Shown here: one piece after another, positions 33,488 through 43,651 of the stretch | How positions within the stretch are numbered: position 1 is the first letter of the stretch | Layout of the letters: every line of letters begins with the position of its first letter | From: Candidatus Nanohalarchaeota archaeon QJJ-7 | Lineage (GTDB): Archaea; Nanohalarchaeota; Nanosalinia; Nanosalinales; Nanohalalkaliarchaeaceae | Direction of reading: 5' to 3' | DNA: 64,000 bases | Assembly (NCBI GenBank): GCA_022865215.1 | Contig: JALIDP010000001.1 | Span: 334 to 64,333, forward strand | The notes under the pieces: model-generated | Told to the model about the DNA's origin: nothing | The model's database searches: none | What the model saw: the letters and a program-made list of their open reading frames with translations, nothing else | Program-made: the position numbers and the translations under genes

Positions 33488-34639
33488 ATGTCGGAACTAC
33501 CAACATGGGAATATTATTCTGATACAGAGGGTATAGGAGGCACTATCAAGGAGCAGATAGACGACTTCGTCGTGGAGGAGAAAGCCGACCCGGATACGGA
33601 AAGCGGGGATTCGGTCATCGTGAAGATGAAGAAGTTCAACATGACCACTATGGAGGCTATCCGCGAGCTTTCCAACATCTTGCACGTTTCAAGGAAAAGG
33701 TTCGGTTACGCAGGTAACAAGGATAAAAGGGCTATAACCACGCAGTACGTCTCCGTTGAAGGACTGGACGAGGAGGATCTGCAACACGTGTTCATCCCGG
33801 ACCTGGAGATAGAGGTCGTGGGGAAGGGAGAACCCGTCGGCCTCGGTAACCTCGAGGGCAACGGATTCGAGATAGTGGTTAGGAACATCCCTCTACCGAA
33901 AGACGAGATAGAGGACCGTATAGATACGATAGTCGAGGAACTGGACGGACAGATACCGAACTATTTCGGGAGCCAGAGGTTCGGGAGTCAGAGGAGTATC
34001 ACCCACGAGGTTGGGAGAGAGATGCTGAAAGGGGACTACGAACAGGCCGTCTGGACCTATATAGCCAAACCCTCAGAACAGGAACATGAGAAGATAAAGA
34101 AGGTGAGAGAAGATCTCTGGGAGTCGCGGGAAGTTGAGAGAGCTGCGGAGAAGTTCCCGGAACAGTACAGGTACGAGAAGATCCTCCTCTACCACCTCGC
34201 CAAGAACCCTGAAGACTATTCCGGGGCTATAAAGCGGCTTCCGGAAGGTCTACAGCAGCTATTTATCCACGCATACCAGTCCTACGTCTTCAACCACGCT
34301 CTTTCTTCCCTCCTTGCCGACGGTTTCGAGGACTTCTCCGCCGAACTCCCTCTCGCAGGTTACAAGACCTCTCTGCGGGACGAGGAAGGCGGCAGGAAGA
34401 TAGAGGAACTTATGGAAGAGGACGGTATAGATCAGCAGGACTTCAAGCTACCTGACTTCCCACACCTGAGGAGCGAGGGAGATTATCGCAAGTGTTTCGT
34501 TCCTTTCCGGGATTTCGATCTAAAAAATATAGAGGACGACGAGTTGAACATGAACAAAAGGTTCGCTGAGGTCAGTTTCGAGCTGGATAGCGGGAGCTAC
34601 GCGACAGTGTTCCTCAGGGAACTGATGAAGAACGAGTGA
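33488..34639 (+). CDS. truD: tRNA pseudouridine synthase TruD/Pus7 family
   Basis: Catalytic motif FGYAGNKDKRAITTQYVS, NYFGSQRFG and the overall length. ATG at 33488; the track GTG is at 33479. Confidence 0.85.
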   Translation: MSELPTWEYYSDTEGIGGTIKEQIDDFVVEEKADPDTESGDSVIVKMKKFNMTTMEAIRELSNILHVSRKRFGYAGNKDKRAITTQYVSVEGLDEEDLQHVFIPDLEIEVVGKGEPVGLGNLEGNGFEIVVRNIPLPKDEIEDRIDTIVEELDGQIPNYFGSQRFGSQRSITHEVGREMLKGDYEQAVWTYIAKPSEQEHEKIKKVREDLWESREVERAAEKFPEQYRYEKILLYHLAKNPEDYSGAIKRLPEGLQQLFIHAYQSYVFNHALSSLLADGFEDFSAELPLAGYKTSLRDEEGGRKIEELMEEDGIDQQDFKLPDFPHLRSEGDYRKCFVPFRDFDLKNIEDDELNMNKRFAEVSFELDSGSYATVFLRELMKNE

Positions 34640-34643
34640 GCCT

Positions 34644-35873
34644 ATGAATCACTCCCGAGCCTATCTAGTCCTGACACTCATACTGGCTATCTTCCTCACC
34701 ATCACTGTTACAGGCGCTCTGGCATCTCCTTTAGAGTGGGACGAAGGATCTTTTCTCCTTAATGCTGAACACCTCCAGGGAACGGACGTGAACTCGGAAC
34801 CTAGCCGACCGATGGCTATATCTCTAGCGGTATCCGGCATCTGGTCTTTGACAGGGGAGAGCACGGTCGCGGCACGTCTCCTCATAGTCCTGACAGGACT
34901 GCTGACTGTCCTGATCTTCCACCGACTTGCCGAACTCGAGTTCGATAATCCTCTCCCTCTCACAGCAGCTTTCGCGTTCGCCCCTCTCCTGCTCTACTGG
35001 TCTTTCCACGTCCACACAGACGTTCCCGCACTTGCCCTTTTACTGATTTCTATCTACCTATACCGCAGAGATAAACACCTACCGGCAGGAGTGGCGATGG
35101 CCGCAGCAGTGACCGTCAGGTACATCTTCGCGCTCTTCGCTGCCGGCATGGCTCTCTCCTATCTCTGGGATCGGCGCGAATTCCTCAAGTACGCTTTAGG
35201 AGGATTCATCGGGGCTATACCGTTCTTCCTCCACAGCACTATAGCCCACGGCGGTCCTTTCGCCAAGGCAGTGATGTACATCTCCCGCGTGTCCAGGTGG
35301 TCAGGGTCCGGACCCTTCGCAGCTACTGTAGAAAGTCTAGGCACCCTCATCCATACTGTTTCTCCTCTGATCGTTGCCGCTGTTCCGGGCTGGAAGGAGA
35401 GTCCGACGGTGGAAAAGTCCATGATAGTCCTCTATACCGTTTTCATCCTGTTCATCTCCGGAAACTACTTCCACAGATACTGGCTCCCTCTCATCCCTCT
35501 CCTCTTACTGATAACCTACAGAGGTTCGAACCTCAGGATATTCAGCCTGGCAGCCGGCCTTATGATACTTTTCTCCGGATCCGCAGTATGGGCCGGTCAC
35601 TCCCAGACAGTAAGGTGCAACCCTCCGCTAGATCAGTCTCTCGATCACCTGCAGGAGAAAGAGGGTGCTGTGGTCAGCGACCAATGGGCTGTAGCAGGAT
35701 ACACGCTCGACACGAAAGTGTATTCCCCCTGGACAAATTACGAGGAGTTACGCAGAGATTACGGTGTCGAATATGTTCACACCACTTCCAACCTGTCCTA
35801 CCCCCTCGAGGCCTCGTTCTCCAACGACTGCTGGACCTGGAATATCTACAGGCTCAACACTTCCGAGACCTGA
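34644..35873 (+). CDS. GT-C fold membrane glycosyltransferase (ArnT/PMT, family 39-like)
   Basis: At least 9 TM segments with an acidic first-loop motif (WDEGSFLLNAEH) and a C-terminal soluble domain. Family assignment rests on topology and motif only. Confidence 0.5.
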   Translation: MNHSRAYLVLTLILAIFLTITVTGALASPLEWDEGSFLLNAEHLQGTDVNSEPSRPMAISLAVSGIWSLTGESTVAARLLIVLTGLLTVLIFHRLAELEFDNPLPLTAAFAFAPLLLYWSFHVHTDVPALALLLISIYLYRRDKHLPAGVAMAAAVTVRYIFALFAAGMALSYLWDRREFLKYALGGFIGAIPFFLHSTIAHGGPFAKAVMYISRVSRWSGSGPFAATVESLGTLIHTVSPLIVAAVPGWKESPTVEKSMIVLYTVFILFISGNYFHRYWLPLIPLLLLITYRGSNLRIFSLAAGLMILFSGSAVWAGHSQTVRCNPPLDQSLDHLQEKEGAVVSDQWAVAGYTLDTKVYSPWTNYEELRRDYGVEYVHTTSNLSYPLEASFSNDCWTWNIYRLNTSET

Positions 35874-35939
35874 ACCGGGCCCCGATCCCGACCTTAAGAC
35901 CAACCTACATTTTAAAGAAGTACGTAAAATATCTGTGCT

Positions 35940-37157
35940 ATGGAAATCATCGATATAGTTTACCTTTTCTTCTTCACGATAATGATATTCTCATCGGTCC
36001 TGTGGCTCCTCGTCTACATCGTACACCGCGATGAGGTCTACCTCTCCCCAGAACCGTCAGAACTACCTTCAGTAACTTTCCTGGTCCCTGCATACAACGA
36101 AGAAGAGTACATATCTGATACGATATCATCCATCCTGGACGTCGACTACCCGGATGAAAAGTTCGAAGTGATAGCTATAAACGACGGATCCACAGATTCC
36201 ACCCTCTCCAAGCTCAAGGAGTTCAAAAACCGTATAACAATCATTGACAAAGAGAATACAGGAAAAGCAGACTCGATGAACCAGGCGCTTGCGCAGGTGG
36301 AAACCGACCTCCTCGTATCGATGGATGCGGACTCCTACCCCGAAAAGGACTTCCTCCGGCAGATCGTCGGTTACTTCGAGCGGGAAGGTGTGAAAGCCGT
36401 AACACCTGCACTCAAGGTCAGGAACCCCTCAAACTGGGTCGAAAAGGTCCAGTGGACAGAGTACATATTCCAGATATTCCTCAGGAAGATCTTCGCGATG
36501 TTCGACGTGCAGTACGTCCTTCCAGGACCCGGAAGCATCTACAAAGCAGACTATGTCAAGGAGATCGGTGGCTGGAACGAAGACACCCTGACAGAGGACA
36601 TGGAGATAGCTTTCCGTATCTTCAGCAAGGGATGGAGACTCGACAATACCACTAACGCTTACGTGCATACCGAACCGGAGCCTACACTCAGACAGCTTTT
36701 CCGGCAGCGGATACGGTGGTACCGGGGATATATCGAGAACCTGTGGAAGTACACCGGACTTATCGGGGACCGAAGACACGGAAATCTCGGGATGTTCTTC
36801 CTCCCGTTCAGCGTCTCGTGGATCCTTCTCGTGGTGTTCTTCACCGGACACTTCCTCTATAACACGGCAAATATCTTCTGGAGTGTTATCCAGACTTACA
36901 TGCTGACAGGTGAACTGATGCTTTCGATGAACCTCGGCATCCAATCACTCACATTTTTCCACCTCTTCGTCGTCTACTTTGTTCTGATCGGTATCGGCAT
37001 CATACTTTTGAGTCTTCGCGTGACAGAAGAGCCTATCAGGCCATGGAAACGGAAAACGCATTACGCAATGTTCCTCGCGATCTACGCGATGCTGTTCGCG
37101 GGCTTCTGGATGGCAGCGATCGGGGAACACCTCCTGTCTGGTGACCGTCAATGGTAG
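35940..37157 (+). CDS. processive family-2 glycosyltransferase (synthase type)
   Basis: VPAYNEEEYI, INDGSTDST, MDADS (DxD), TEDMEIAFR (TED) and QRIRWYRG (QxxRW), plus N- and C-terminal TM helices. Confidence 0.8.
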   Translation: MEIIDIVYLFFFTIMIFSSVLWLLVYIVHRDEVYLSPEPSELPSVTFLVPAYNEEEYISDTISSILDVDYPDEKFEVIAINDGSTDSTLSKLKEFKNRITIIDKENTGKADSMNQALAQVETDLLVSMDADSYPEKDFLRQIVGYFEREGVKAVTPALKVRNPSNWVEKVQWTEYIFQIFLRKIFAMFDVQYVLPGPGSIYKADYVKEIGGWNEDTLTEDMEIAFRIFSKGWRLDNTTNAYVHTEPEPTLRQLFRQRIRWYRGYIENLWKYTGLIGDRRHGNLGMFFLPFSVSWILLVVFFTGHFLYNTANIFWSVIQTYMLTGELMLSMNLGIQSLTFFHLFVVYFVLIGIGIILLSLRVTEEPIRPWKRKTHYAMFLAIYAMLFAGFWMAAIGEHLLSGDRQW

Positions 37158-37819
37158 AAAGAAGATTGAGCTGGGAGTTCATATTCATAGCGATCATCAT
37201 CACGGGAGCGATCATGGCCGGCATGTTCTTCCTCGGGCTTAACCTGAGCGAGATCAAGGTTAACGAACTTGAGGAGGACGTGGAACGTTTCCAGATCGAG
37301 CAAAAATCGCAGGACCTGACCTTGCAGATGTCAGAAAACCTCCTAAAGCAGGACTGCCAGGCGATGGAGGCGATGGTGCAAGAGACCACGAAAGAGGTGG
37401 GAGACCTCCAGCAGCAGGTGGCAACGTACGAGCAGACCAACCGTTTAGGGAATAACGGCTTCCTCCTCAAGGAGAGGTACATGAACGCGTTGATAGAATA
37501 CTGGACTATGGTGGAAAGAGTTAACGAGGAATGCGGCTCAGAAGTTCTTTCTGTCGCCTACATATACCATGATTCCGATAAATGCCCACGGTGTGAGGAC
37601 CAGGGAACTCTCCTGTCCTCTTACAAGCAACAGTATGGAGAAAACCTCCTGGTGTTCCCTCTTGACGCGAGTCTGGACATGAAACATATAAACACGCTTA
37701 TCGAGGCCTACGATGTTGAAAGGTATCCTGCCCTGATAATAAACGATACAGCCTACGAGGGCTTCAAGGACAGGGAGGCCCTCGGGAACATACTGGAAAC
37801 ACATATGGAGGAGAACTGA
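37151..37819 (+). CDS. membrane-anchored thioredoxin-fold protein (CPRC motif)
   Basis: N-terminal TM helix, coiled coil, then VAYIYHDSDKCPRCEDQG...VFPLD...RYPALIIND (CxxC thioredoxin-like pattern). The ATG overlaps the GT2 stop. Confidence 0.55.
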   Translation: MVERRLSWEFIFIAIIITGAIMAGMFFLGLNLSEIKVNELEEDVERFQIEQKSQDLTLQMSENLLKQDCQAMEAMVQETTKEVGDLQQQVATYEQTNRLGNNGFLLKERYMNALIEYWTMVERVNEECGSEVLSVAYIYHDSDKCPRCEDQGTLLSSYKQQYGENLLVFPLDASLDMKHINTLIEAYDVERYPALIINDTAYEGFKDREALGNILETHMEEN

Positions 37820-37821
37820 GT

Positions 37822-38202
37822 ATGGAGTTAGGAAGGGAGGACTGGATCCTGGTGGTGCTGGCGATAACGGCAGCTATACCTATAGCTAGCTCTGTTCTCG
37901 GGTCAGACGACTTCACACCTGAAACAGAGGTGGAGAAGTACTGCGTGGACTTAGCTTCTGATATCGAGACCAACACAACTTTCGCCGGTCAGATAAAAGA
38001 ATGTAGCTGTGTGCCTCCTGATAAGGTTGAAGAGAGCAATTTCCAGGCACCGGACAAGGTCAGGAACGCCACTGAACTCTTCCTCATCAGCTGTGAGATG
38101 GAGCAGGGAGAAGACCAGATATTCCCCATCAGAAGGATGAAAGAGGACTATACTGGCGACCTTAACCGGAGCAACGTTTCTACCCTCAGAGGTAATCCTT
38201 GA
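37822..38202 (+). CDS. small secreted or membrane-anchored Cys-containing protein
   Basis: N-terminal hydrophobic helix (WILVVLAITAAIPIASS) and 4 Cys in the mature part. It starts 2 nt after the previous gene. Confidence 0.45.
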   Translation: MELGREDWILVVLAITAAIPIASSVLGSDDFTPETEVEKYCVDLASDIETNTTFAGQIKECSCVPPDKVEESNFQAPDKVRNATELFLISCEMEQGEDQIFPIRRMKEDYTGDLNRSNVSTLRGNP

Positions 38203-38527
38203 CGAGCCCGTAAAATCCGATAAATACAAGTATAGACGCCGCTACCAGCATCAGACTGAGTATAACGACCAGATACCAGGGATAGCCTAAAACACGGCTC
38301 TGGTTGACCAAGTCTTGGCCTAGTATATTGGAAGCGACAGTGAAATGGGTCTTGATAGCGATATAGAACGCGAACCCGATGGTTATCAGCTTCCAGTCCT
38401 TCAGCTCGGAAATACCTACCTCAAGATATTCTTGATAGAACTTGGCCATGAGGATGAGGGCAGCAAGGAGTATTATGGCGGATACAACGTCAGCAAGATT
38501 CCAAACCACCACAGGGTCAATGACCAT
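38186..38527 (-). CDS. integral membrane protein (3-4 TM)
   Basis: Hydrophobic 113-codon ORF. No motif. Confidence 0.45.
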   Translation of the reverse strand: MVIDPVVVWNLADVVSAIILLAALILMAKFYQEYLEVGISELKDWKLITIGFAFYIAIKTHFTVASNILGQDLVNQSRVLGYPWYLVVILSLMLVAASILVFIGFYGLVKDYL

Positions 38528-38560
38528 ATAATCAGATTTTAACGGCCTGCGTAATAAATA

Positions 38561-39466
38561 TTACCCTTCGATGTCTCCCACATCTCTCGCCAGCTCGACC
38601 ACGTTTACTCTCCCTCTCTTCTCCTTTATGACCAGTTTCCGGTCCTCTAGATCCGATATAAGCCTGGATATCTTAGCTTTCGAATAATCCAGGTTGTCTA
38701 CTATCGCTCTCTGTTCTGCCTCCCCTTCGTTCTCTATGATATATCGGAGAACATCCTTCTCATCCTCTTTCAGGACAGGGAAAACGGACGCTATGGTCTT
38801 CTCCCCGCCGTACTTCCTCCTCAGATAGACTACCAGGAACCCCATAGCGATAAGAGAGATAGCAAGTATAAACGTCAACTGACGGAGAGCCAGAGATTCG
38901 AAAACACTGAGACTCTCGTAGTTTACATTGTAACGTAGAGTATCTCCTATAGATACGTTCCTGTTCCTCCATTGTAGGAATATCTTCCTACCGCTGCTTC
39001 CGACGGAAGCGTTCGTCGGACTGTAAGACCCCTCACCTTCGACCACGCCATAACCTTCAGGAAGAACGACACGGACAGCTACTTCATCTGTAGGAGCAAA
39101 TACACGGTTTAAGAATGATAAAGACCTTTCTTCCCCGTTTTTCTCTGAGAAATCAGCGATATACGATATCTCAACAGTGTAGTTAGATTCGTGTCTAGGG
39201 TTACAGAGCAATTCACTTCCTATGGCTAAGGACTCTACTTCACAGTCCAGTTCTCCCTGATCGTCCATCGCGGTAAGGTTTTGCGGGTTGTAACGACCCA
39301 TAACAAGGTAAGAGATCCTCTCAGTGGTTATAGAGTCATAATGCCTTTCGACCGAGACTTTGTCAGGTTCCCCTAACTCTATCTTTACTTCTTCTGAAGC
39401 CACTTCAGTTGCAGAAACCAGTGGCACAATGGCTAGCAGTATCAATATCAGGGTCAGACGTCTCAT
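38561..39466 (-). CDS. membrane-anchored protein with an extracellular N-domain and a cytoplasmic C-terminal winged-helix (MarR-like) domain
   Basis: Signal-like N-terminus (LTLILILLAIVPLVSA). Central TM (LTFILAISLIAMGFLVVYL). C-terminus EKDVLRYIIENEGEAEQRAIVDNLDYSKAKISRLISDLEDRKLVIKEKRGRVNVV. Confidence 0.6.
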   Translation of the reverse strand: MRRLTLILILLAIVPLVSATEVASEEVKIELGEPDKVSVERHYDSITTERISYLVMGRYNPQNLTAMDDQGELDCEVESLAIGSELLCNPRHESNYTVEISYIADFSEKNGEERSLSFLNRVFAPTDEVAVRVVLPEGYGVVEGEGSYSPTNASVGSSGRKIFLQWRNRNVSIGDTLRYNVNYESLSVFESLALRQLTFILAISLIAMGFLVVYLRRKYGGEKTIASVFPVLKEDEKDVLRYIIENEGEAEQRAIVDNLDYSKAKISRLISDLEDRKLVIKEKRGRVNVVELARDVGDIEG

Positions 39467-39502
39467 ACCCGTTAAACGGTGATGAAGCCTAATATAAAAA
39501 CT

Positions 39503-39907
39503 CTACTCGTTGGGTCGAGAAACCATCATCCCGCCTGGCCCGGACTGGAGGAACTGGTGCATTATCTGGGCTACTGAGTTGAGAGAGTTACGGATCTCCG
39601 AAAGATCCATATCTACGCGTTCTGGAGACTTGACATCCACCGAGGTCGGGCCGTAGTTGATAACCATATCGACCAGTTCAGAGAAGCTGTTAATCTCCAT
39701 CTCGACCTCTGCTACCTGGGAATATCCTTCATCTAGATCGGGTGAAGGGTTTTCCAACCTGGTAATCTCGTCAACTTCTGCAGAGAAGGATTTCACACTC
39801 TTCTCGTCTTCAAGCTTCTCCAGATGGTTCTCCAGAGACTCTCTAGCCGCTTCCTCAGAGGAAGCCATCACATCGAAAACCATCCAGACCTCGAGATATT
39901 CCTCCAT
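39503..39907 (-). CDS. acidic hypothetical protein
   Basis: 134-codon ORF with typical acidic composition. No motif. Divergent from the second pilus ATPase gene. Confidence 0.45.
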   Translation of the reverse strand: MEEYLEVWMVFDVMASSEEAARESLENHLEKLEDEKSVKSFSAEVDEITRLENPSPDLDEGYSQVAEVEMEINSFSELVDMVINYGPTSVDVKSPERVDMDLSEIRNSLNSVAQIMHQFLQSGPGGMMVSRPNE

Positions 39908-39992
39908 AGAAGCTTCCTCCTCTCTTTACTTTTTAAATCTGCTGACGCCTCCTCCATAAACCTATTTATTGGAAGAACCTCAAACTTTCCCC

Positions 39993-41975
39993 ATGGCTCG
40001 TCTAAAGGGGCTCCTGCATGACGATGCGGTGCGTGCTTGGAGCGCTATCAAGGATTTCCTCCCTCTGATCGGCTCAGAAGACAAGGAAGAGGAGGATATT
40101 TATGGGGAATTCCAGATACAGAGCGCCTCCTCCGATCTGGTAGTAGTTCCAGAAAGCGATGATATCACAGAGATCGATATCCGTTACCCTCTTCTTGAGC
40201 CCTTTGCAGACGCCCATATCTACTGGGACGATGACGAGGAGGAACTCATCTATGAGGTAGAGGAGCCCAGCCTCAGCGAGCGAGAAAAAGAGATATTCAA
40301 AAGAGCTAAGGCGGCTATGGAGAAGAAGATATCTGTCCCTCTCAGCAAACTAGAGGGCTCGGAGGAGATAGTGAATTACCTTAGAGAAGAGTTCAGTGAA
40401 GTCCTGAAAGAGCTCGGATACCACCTGAACACGTCCGAAGAAAACAAACTGATGTACTACATCTACAGGAACTTCGGAGGTCTGAACGAGATAGAACCAC
40501 TCATGAACGACCCGTATATAGAAGATATCGGCTGTTCAGGCACCGATATCCCTGTATACGTCATCCACACCAAGTTCGGCTCTATCAAGACCGATATGGA
40601 GTTCGAGAGCAAGGACAACCTCAGTAATTTAGTCGTCAAACTGGCTGAACGCGCCAACAAGTACGTATCTTATTCCGACCCATTGCTCGACGGGACGCTA
40701 CCGGATGGTTCTCGTGTGAACGCCTCGCTCACCGCGGATGTGACGACGAAAGGACCTACATTCTCTATAAGGAAGTTCCAGGAAGTACCGTTCTCTGCAG
40801 TCGACCTACTGGATCTGGGAACAGTTAGCTCTGATATCATGGCCTACATGTGGATGTGTCTCCAATACCAGAAGAGTGGTCTCATCATCGGAGGTACTGC
40901 GACCGGGAAGACGACATTCCTGAACTCTATAGTGTCGTTCATCCCGCCGGAGATGAAGATAACCTCTATCGAGGATACACGAGAACTCCAGTTACCGCAC
41001 CAGAACTGGATCCCTTCCGTTACCCGTTCCAGCATGGGAGGAGAACAGGAGAATATCACCATGTTCGAGCTTTTGAGGGAGAGTTTCAGGCAGAACCCGG
41101 ACTACGTAGTTGTGGGGGAAGTAAGAGGTGAGGAGGCTTCAGTACTCTTCCAGGGAATGGCTTCAGGCCACCCTTCACTCTCCACAATGCACGCATCCAC
41201 ACCTGCAGATGTTGTATCCCGCCTCACAACTCCACCTATAGACCTTTCACCCGCACTAGTTGAGACCCTGGATATGATAGTCAGCATGACTCACGCGAGA
41301 GAATGGGGAGAGAACTCGAGGAGAGTTCAAGCGGTATACGAGATAGAGGACATCAGCGATGAAGGCACTGCCCGGACCAACGAGTATTTCTCCTGGACTT
41401 CGGTCGATGACACCTTCTCCCAGAAGGCCAGCAGCACAATCCTCGATAACATCCAGCAGCAGTACGGTCTGGATGAGCATGAGATACAACAGGAACTGGA
41501 GGACAGGAAAAAGGTGCTTGAATGGTTACAGAGCCAGGGCTTCGCCCACTTCAAGAAAGTATCGAGCGTCGTATCAGAATATTACAAGGATAAGGAAAAA
41601 GTCATGGAAATGATCACAGCGGATAAAGCCGCAGGTTTAGAAGAGTTAGTTGAGGAAGGAGAGGAGAGTATGCCCTCCCAGATAGAACAGAAGATGAAAG
41701 AGATCGAAGGTGCTGCGAGTGCGCCCCAAGCACAAAAAGGAGATAGAATCGAAGATGAGTCCGGAACAGAGACCTCGGTTAATGGGAATGAACCTGTAGA
41801 TAGGGAAAGACCAGAACGAGAAGAAGTAGGAGAGATGGAAGAAAGAGATGAAATAGAAAAGAAAGAAGTCGAAGATACCGATGAAGTGCAAGATGAAGAT
41901 AAAGATATAGATATAGAAGAGGATGAAAAAATTTTCGATGAATCTGAGATGGAGGAAAACCCGTTCGAACAGTGA
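39993..41975 (+). CDS. second type IV pilus/archaellum-type ATPase (FlaI/PilB family) with an acidic C-terminal tail
   Basis: Walker A IGGTATGKTTFLN. NPDYVVVGEVRGEEA. SGHPSLSTMHA. About 110 aa of E/D-rich tail. ATG at 39993; the track TTG is at 39969. Confidence 0.9.
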   Translation: MARLKGLLHDDAVRAWSAIKDFLPLIGSEDKEEEDIYGEFQIQSASSDLVVVPESDDITEIDIRYPLLEPFADAHIYWDDDEEELIYEVEEPSLSEREKEIFKRAKAAMEKKISVPLSKLEGSEEIVNYLREEFSEVLKELGYHLNTSEENKLMYYIYRNFGGLNEIEPLMNDPYIEDIGCSGTDIPVYVIHTKFGSIKTDMEFESKDNLSNLVVKLAERANKYVSYSDPLLDGTLPDGSRVNASLTADVTTKGPTFSIRKFQEVPFSAVDLLDLGTVSSDIMAYMWMCLQYQKSGLIIGGTATGKTTFLNSIVSFIPPEMKITSIEDTRELQLPHQNWIPSVTRSSMGGEQENITMFELLRESFRQNPDYVVVGEVRGEEASVLFQGMASGHPSLSTMHASTPADVVSRLTTPPIDLSPALVETLDMIVSMTHAREWGENSRRVQAVYEIEDISDEGTARTNEYFSWTSVDDTFSQKASSTILDNIQQQYGLDEHEIQQELEDRKKVLEWLQSQGFAHFKKVSSVVSEYYKDKEKVMEMITADKAAGLEELVEEGEESMPSQIEQKMKEIEGAASAPQAQKGDRIEDESGTETSVNGNEPVDRERPEREEVGEMEERDEIEKKEVEDTDEVQDEDKDIDIEEDEKIFDESEMEENPFEQ

Positions 41976-42090
41976 TCAGAGTTTCACTAGCTTCAAAAAC
42001 CGAGATATCCCTGAATAATCAGTAGCACATAGTCCTCCCTGATTCGGTCTGCGAACAGGAGGGCCTATTTTGAAATTATAAGGCCGATAA

Positions 42091-42810
42091 TCATATCTTG
42101 GCCTCTACTTCCCCTTTCGCCTTTATACCGGCATCGCCTTCTATCTCAAATTCTGTCCAGTCACGGCTATGCTCTGTCTTGATCATCCTCTGGATAGAAA
42201 ACATCCGGCGTTCTTCCTCCCTCCTCATCTTCATCAGACCGTCTGAAACATAGTTGAGGGTTGATATAGTCTTCTGTTCATGCACCCCTTCTTCGAGAGA
42301 CATCAGAAGATTGCTATCCGAGGCCTTGCTCTTGGCACTCACCACCTGAAGAAATTTAACGGCTGAACTTGGGTCAGTGTAGAGTATAAGGGTCGAGACA
42401 GAGTCCATAACTATCCTCTTCCTACCCTGACCCACCTTCTTCATAGCATCGGCCAGTGTTATATTCATCTGGTTGAGGTCGGACGGCCCTTCTATCGCGA
42501 ACTCACTTTCGGGTTCACCGCCTTCACGCCAGGAGTAGCCGTCTATGAATACGAGGTCATCTCCGAAATCATCGAAATCCCAACCGAAGTAAAGTGCGGT
42601 CTCTTTCACTTCTTCAGGAGGGCTATCCAGGGTTATGTAGATACCTTTTTCTCCTTTCTGTAATCCGGTATAGAGAAACTGGTTCAGGAAAGTGGTCTTC
42701 CCAGTACCCGGAGGACCTACCAGTAATACCGATGCGTTCCTGGGAATCCCGCCAGAAAGCTTCCTGTCGAATCCCTCTATACCGGTAGTCTCACGTTCTA
42801 CTACAGGCAT
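42091..42810 (-). CDS. KaiC/RecA-superfamily ATPase (ArlH/FlaH-like)
   Basis: GIEGFDRKLSGGIPRNASVLLVGPPGTGKTTFLNQF... with Walker B-like RIVMDSVS. About 240 aa, single domain. Confidence 0.75.
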   Translation of the reverse strand: MPVVERETTGIEGFDRKLSGGIPRNASVLLVGPPGTGKTTFLNQFLYTGLQKGEKGIYITLDSPPEEVKETALYFGWDFDDFGDDLVFIDGYSWREGGEPESEFAIEGPSDLNQMNITLADAMKKVGQGRKRIVMDSVSTLILYTDPSSAVKFLQVVSAKSKASDSNLLMSLEEGVHEQKTISTLNYVSDGLMKMRREEERRMFSIQRMIKTEHSRDWTEFEIEGDAGIKAKGEVEAKI

Positions 42811-42889
42811 TACAGTCTTCTCACGTCTCCTCTTTTCCCTCCTGTCATTTATTAGTTGCGGGCTTTGAAATGGAGAAAAGATATTTATT

Positions 42890-43645
42890 ATGACGACCCA
42901 AAAACAGGGCTGTGAGATTTTGATGGTCCAGAAAAGACTAGAGACTGGTGTTAATGGACTGGATGAGCTCCTCCAGGGGGGTATACCTCATAACAATACA
43001 GTTCTTCTGGCGGGTCCTGCCGGATCAGGGAAGACTACCTTTGCGCTCGAATACCTATACCGGGGAGCAACAGAACACAATCAGACCGGCCTGTATGTCT
43101 CATTCGAGGAGACCAAGGACGAGCTAATTAACAATCTCCCCTTCGACTGGGACCTTCAGGGGCTTATAGACGAAGAGAAACTCCACTTCGTGAAGTACGA
43201 CCCCTACCAGTACGAGGATATCATCGATCTGATACGGACGAACATCAAACAGGAAGATGTAGATAGGGTTGTCATCGACTCCATAACCGCGATAAGTCTC
43301 TACGTTGAGAACGTCAAGGATGTAAGAAAACTCCTCCTGGATATGAACGAGGAGCTGAAAAAGAACGATGTCACCACTATATATACAGGTGAAATAAAGA
43401 GCGATAAACCCGAGGAGATATCTCGTTTCGGTGTCGAGGCCTTTATATCCGACGGAGTTATAACCTTGATACTCGGAGAACAGGGGGCCGAACTCACTAA
43501 CCAGATACTTATACGAAAGATGAGGGGGACTGACCATGACAAGAAGATTCACCCGTTTGAATTCAAGGATGACGGCCTGAAGGTATATGCAGAAGAGACC
43601 TCCCTCTCTTCCGAAGGAAGCGGAGGATCAGAAGAGCTCTTCTGA
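42890..43645 (+). CDS. KaiC/RecA-superfamily ATPase (ArlH/FlaH-like), second copy
   Basis: GVNGLDELLQGGIPHNNTVLLAGPAGSGKTTFALEY...RVVIDSITA. Divergent from the first copy. Confidence 0.75.
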   Translation: MTTQKQGCEILMVQKRLETGVNGLDELLQGGIPHNNTVLLAGPAGSGKTTFALEYLYRGATEHNQTGLYVSFEETKDELINNLPFDWDLQGLIDEEKLHFVKYDPYQYEDIIDLIRTNIKQEDVDRVVIDSITAISLYVENVKDVRKLLLDMNEELKKNDVTTIYTGEIKSDKPEEISRFGVEAFISDGVITLILGEQGAELTNQILIRKMRGTDHDKKIHPFEFKDDGLKVYAEETSLSSEGSGGSEELF

Positions 43646-43651
43646 AATACG

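Noticed and set aside
35297-36034. 245-aa plus-strand ORF overlapping the GT-C gene in another frame and bridging into the GT2 gene.
   Set aside because: Its composition is rich in Arg, Pro and Ser, unlike the acidic proteome. It is nested in a gene with convincing membrane topology.
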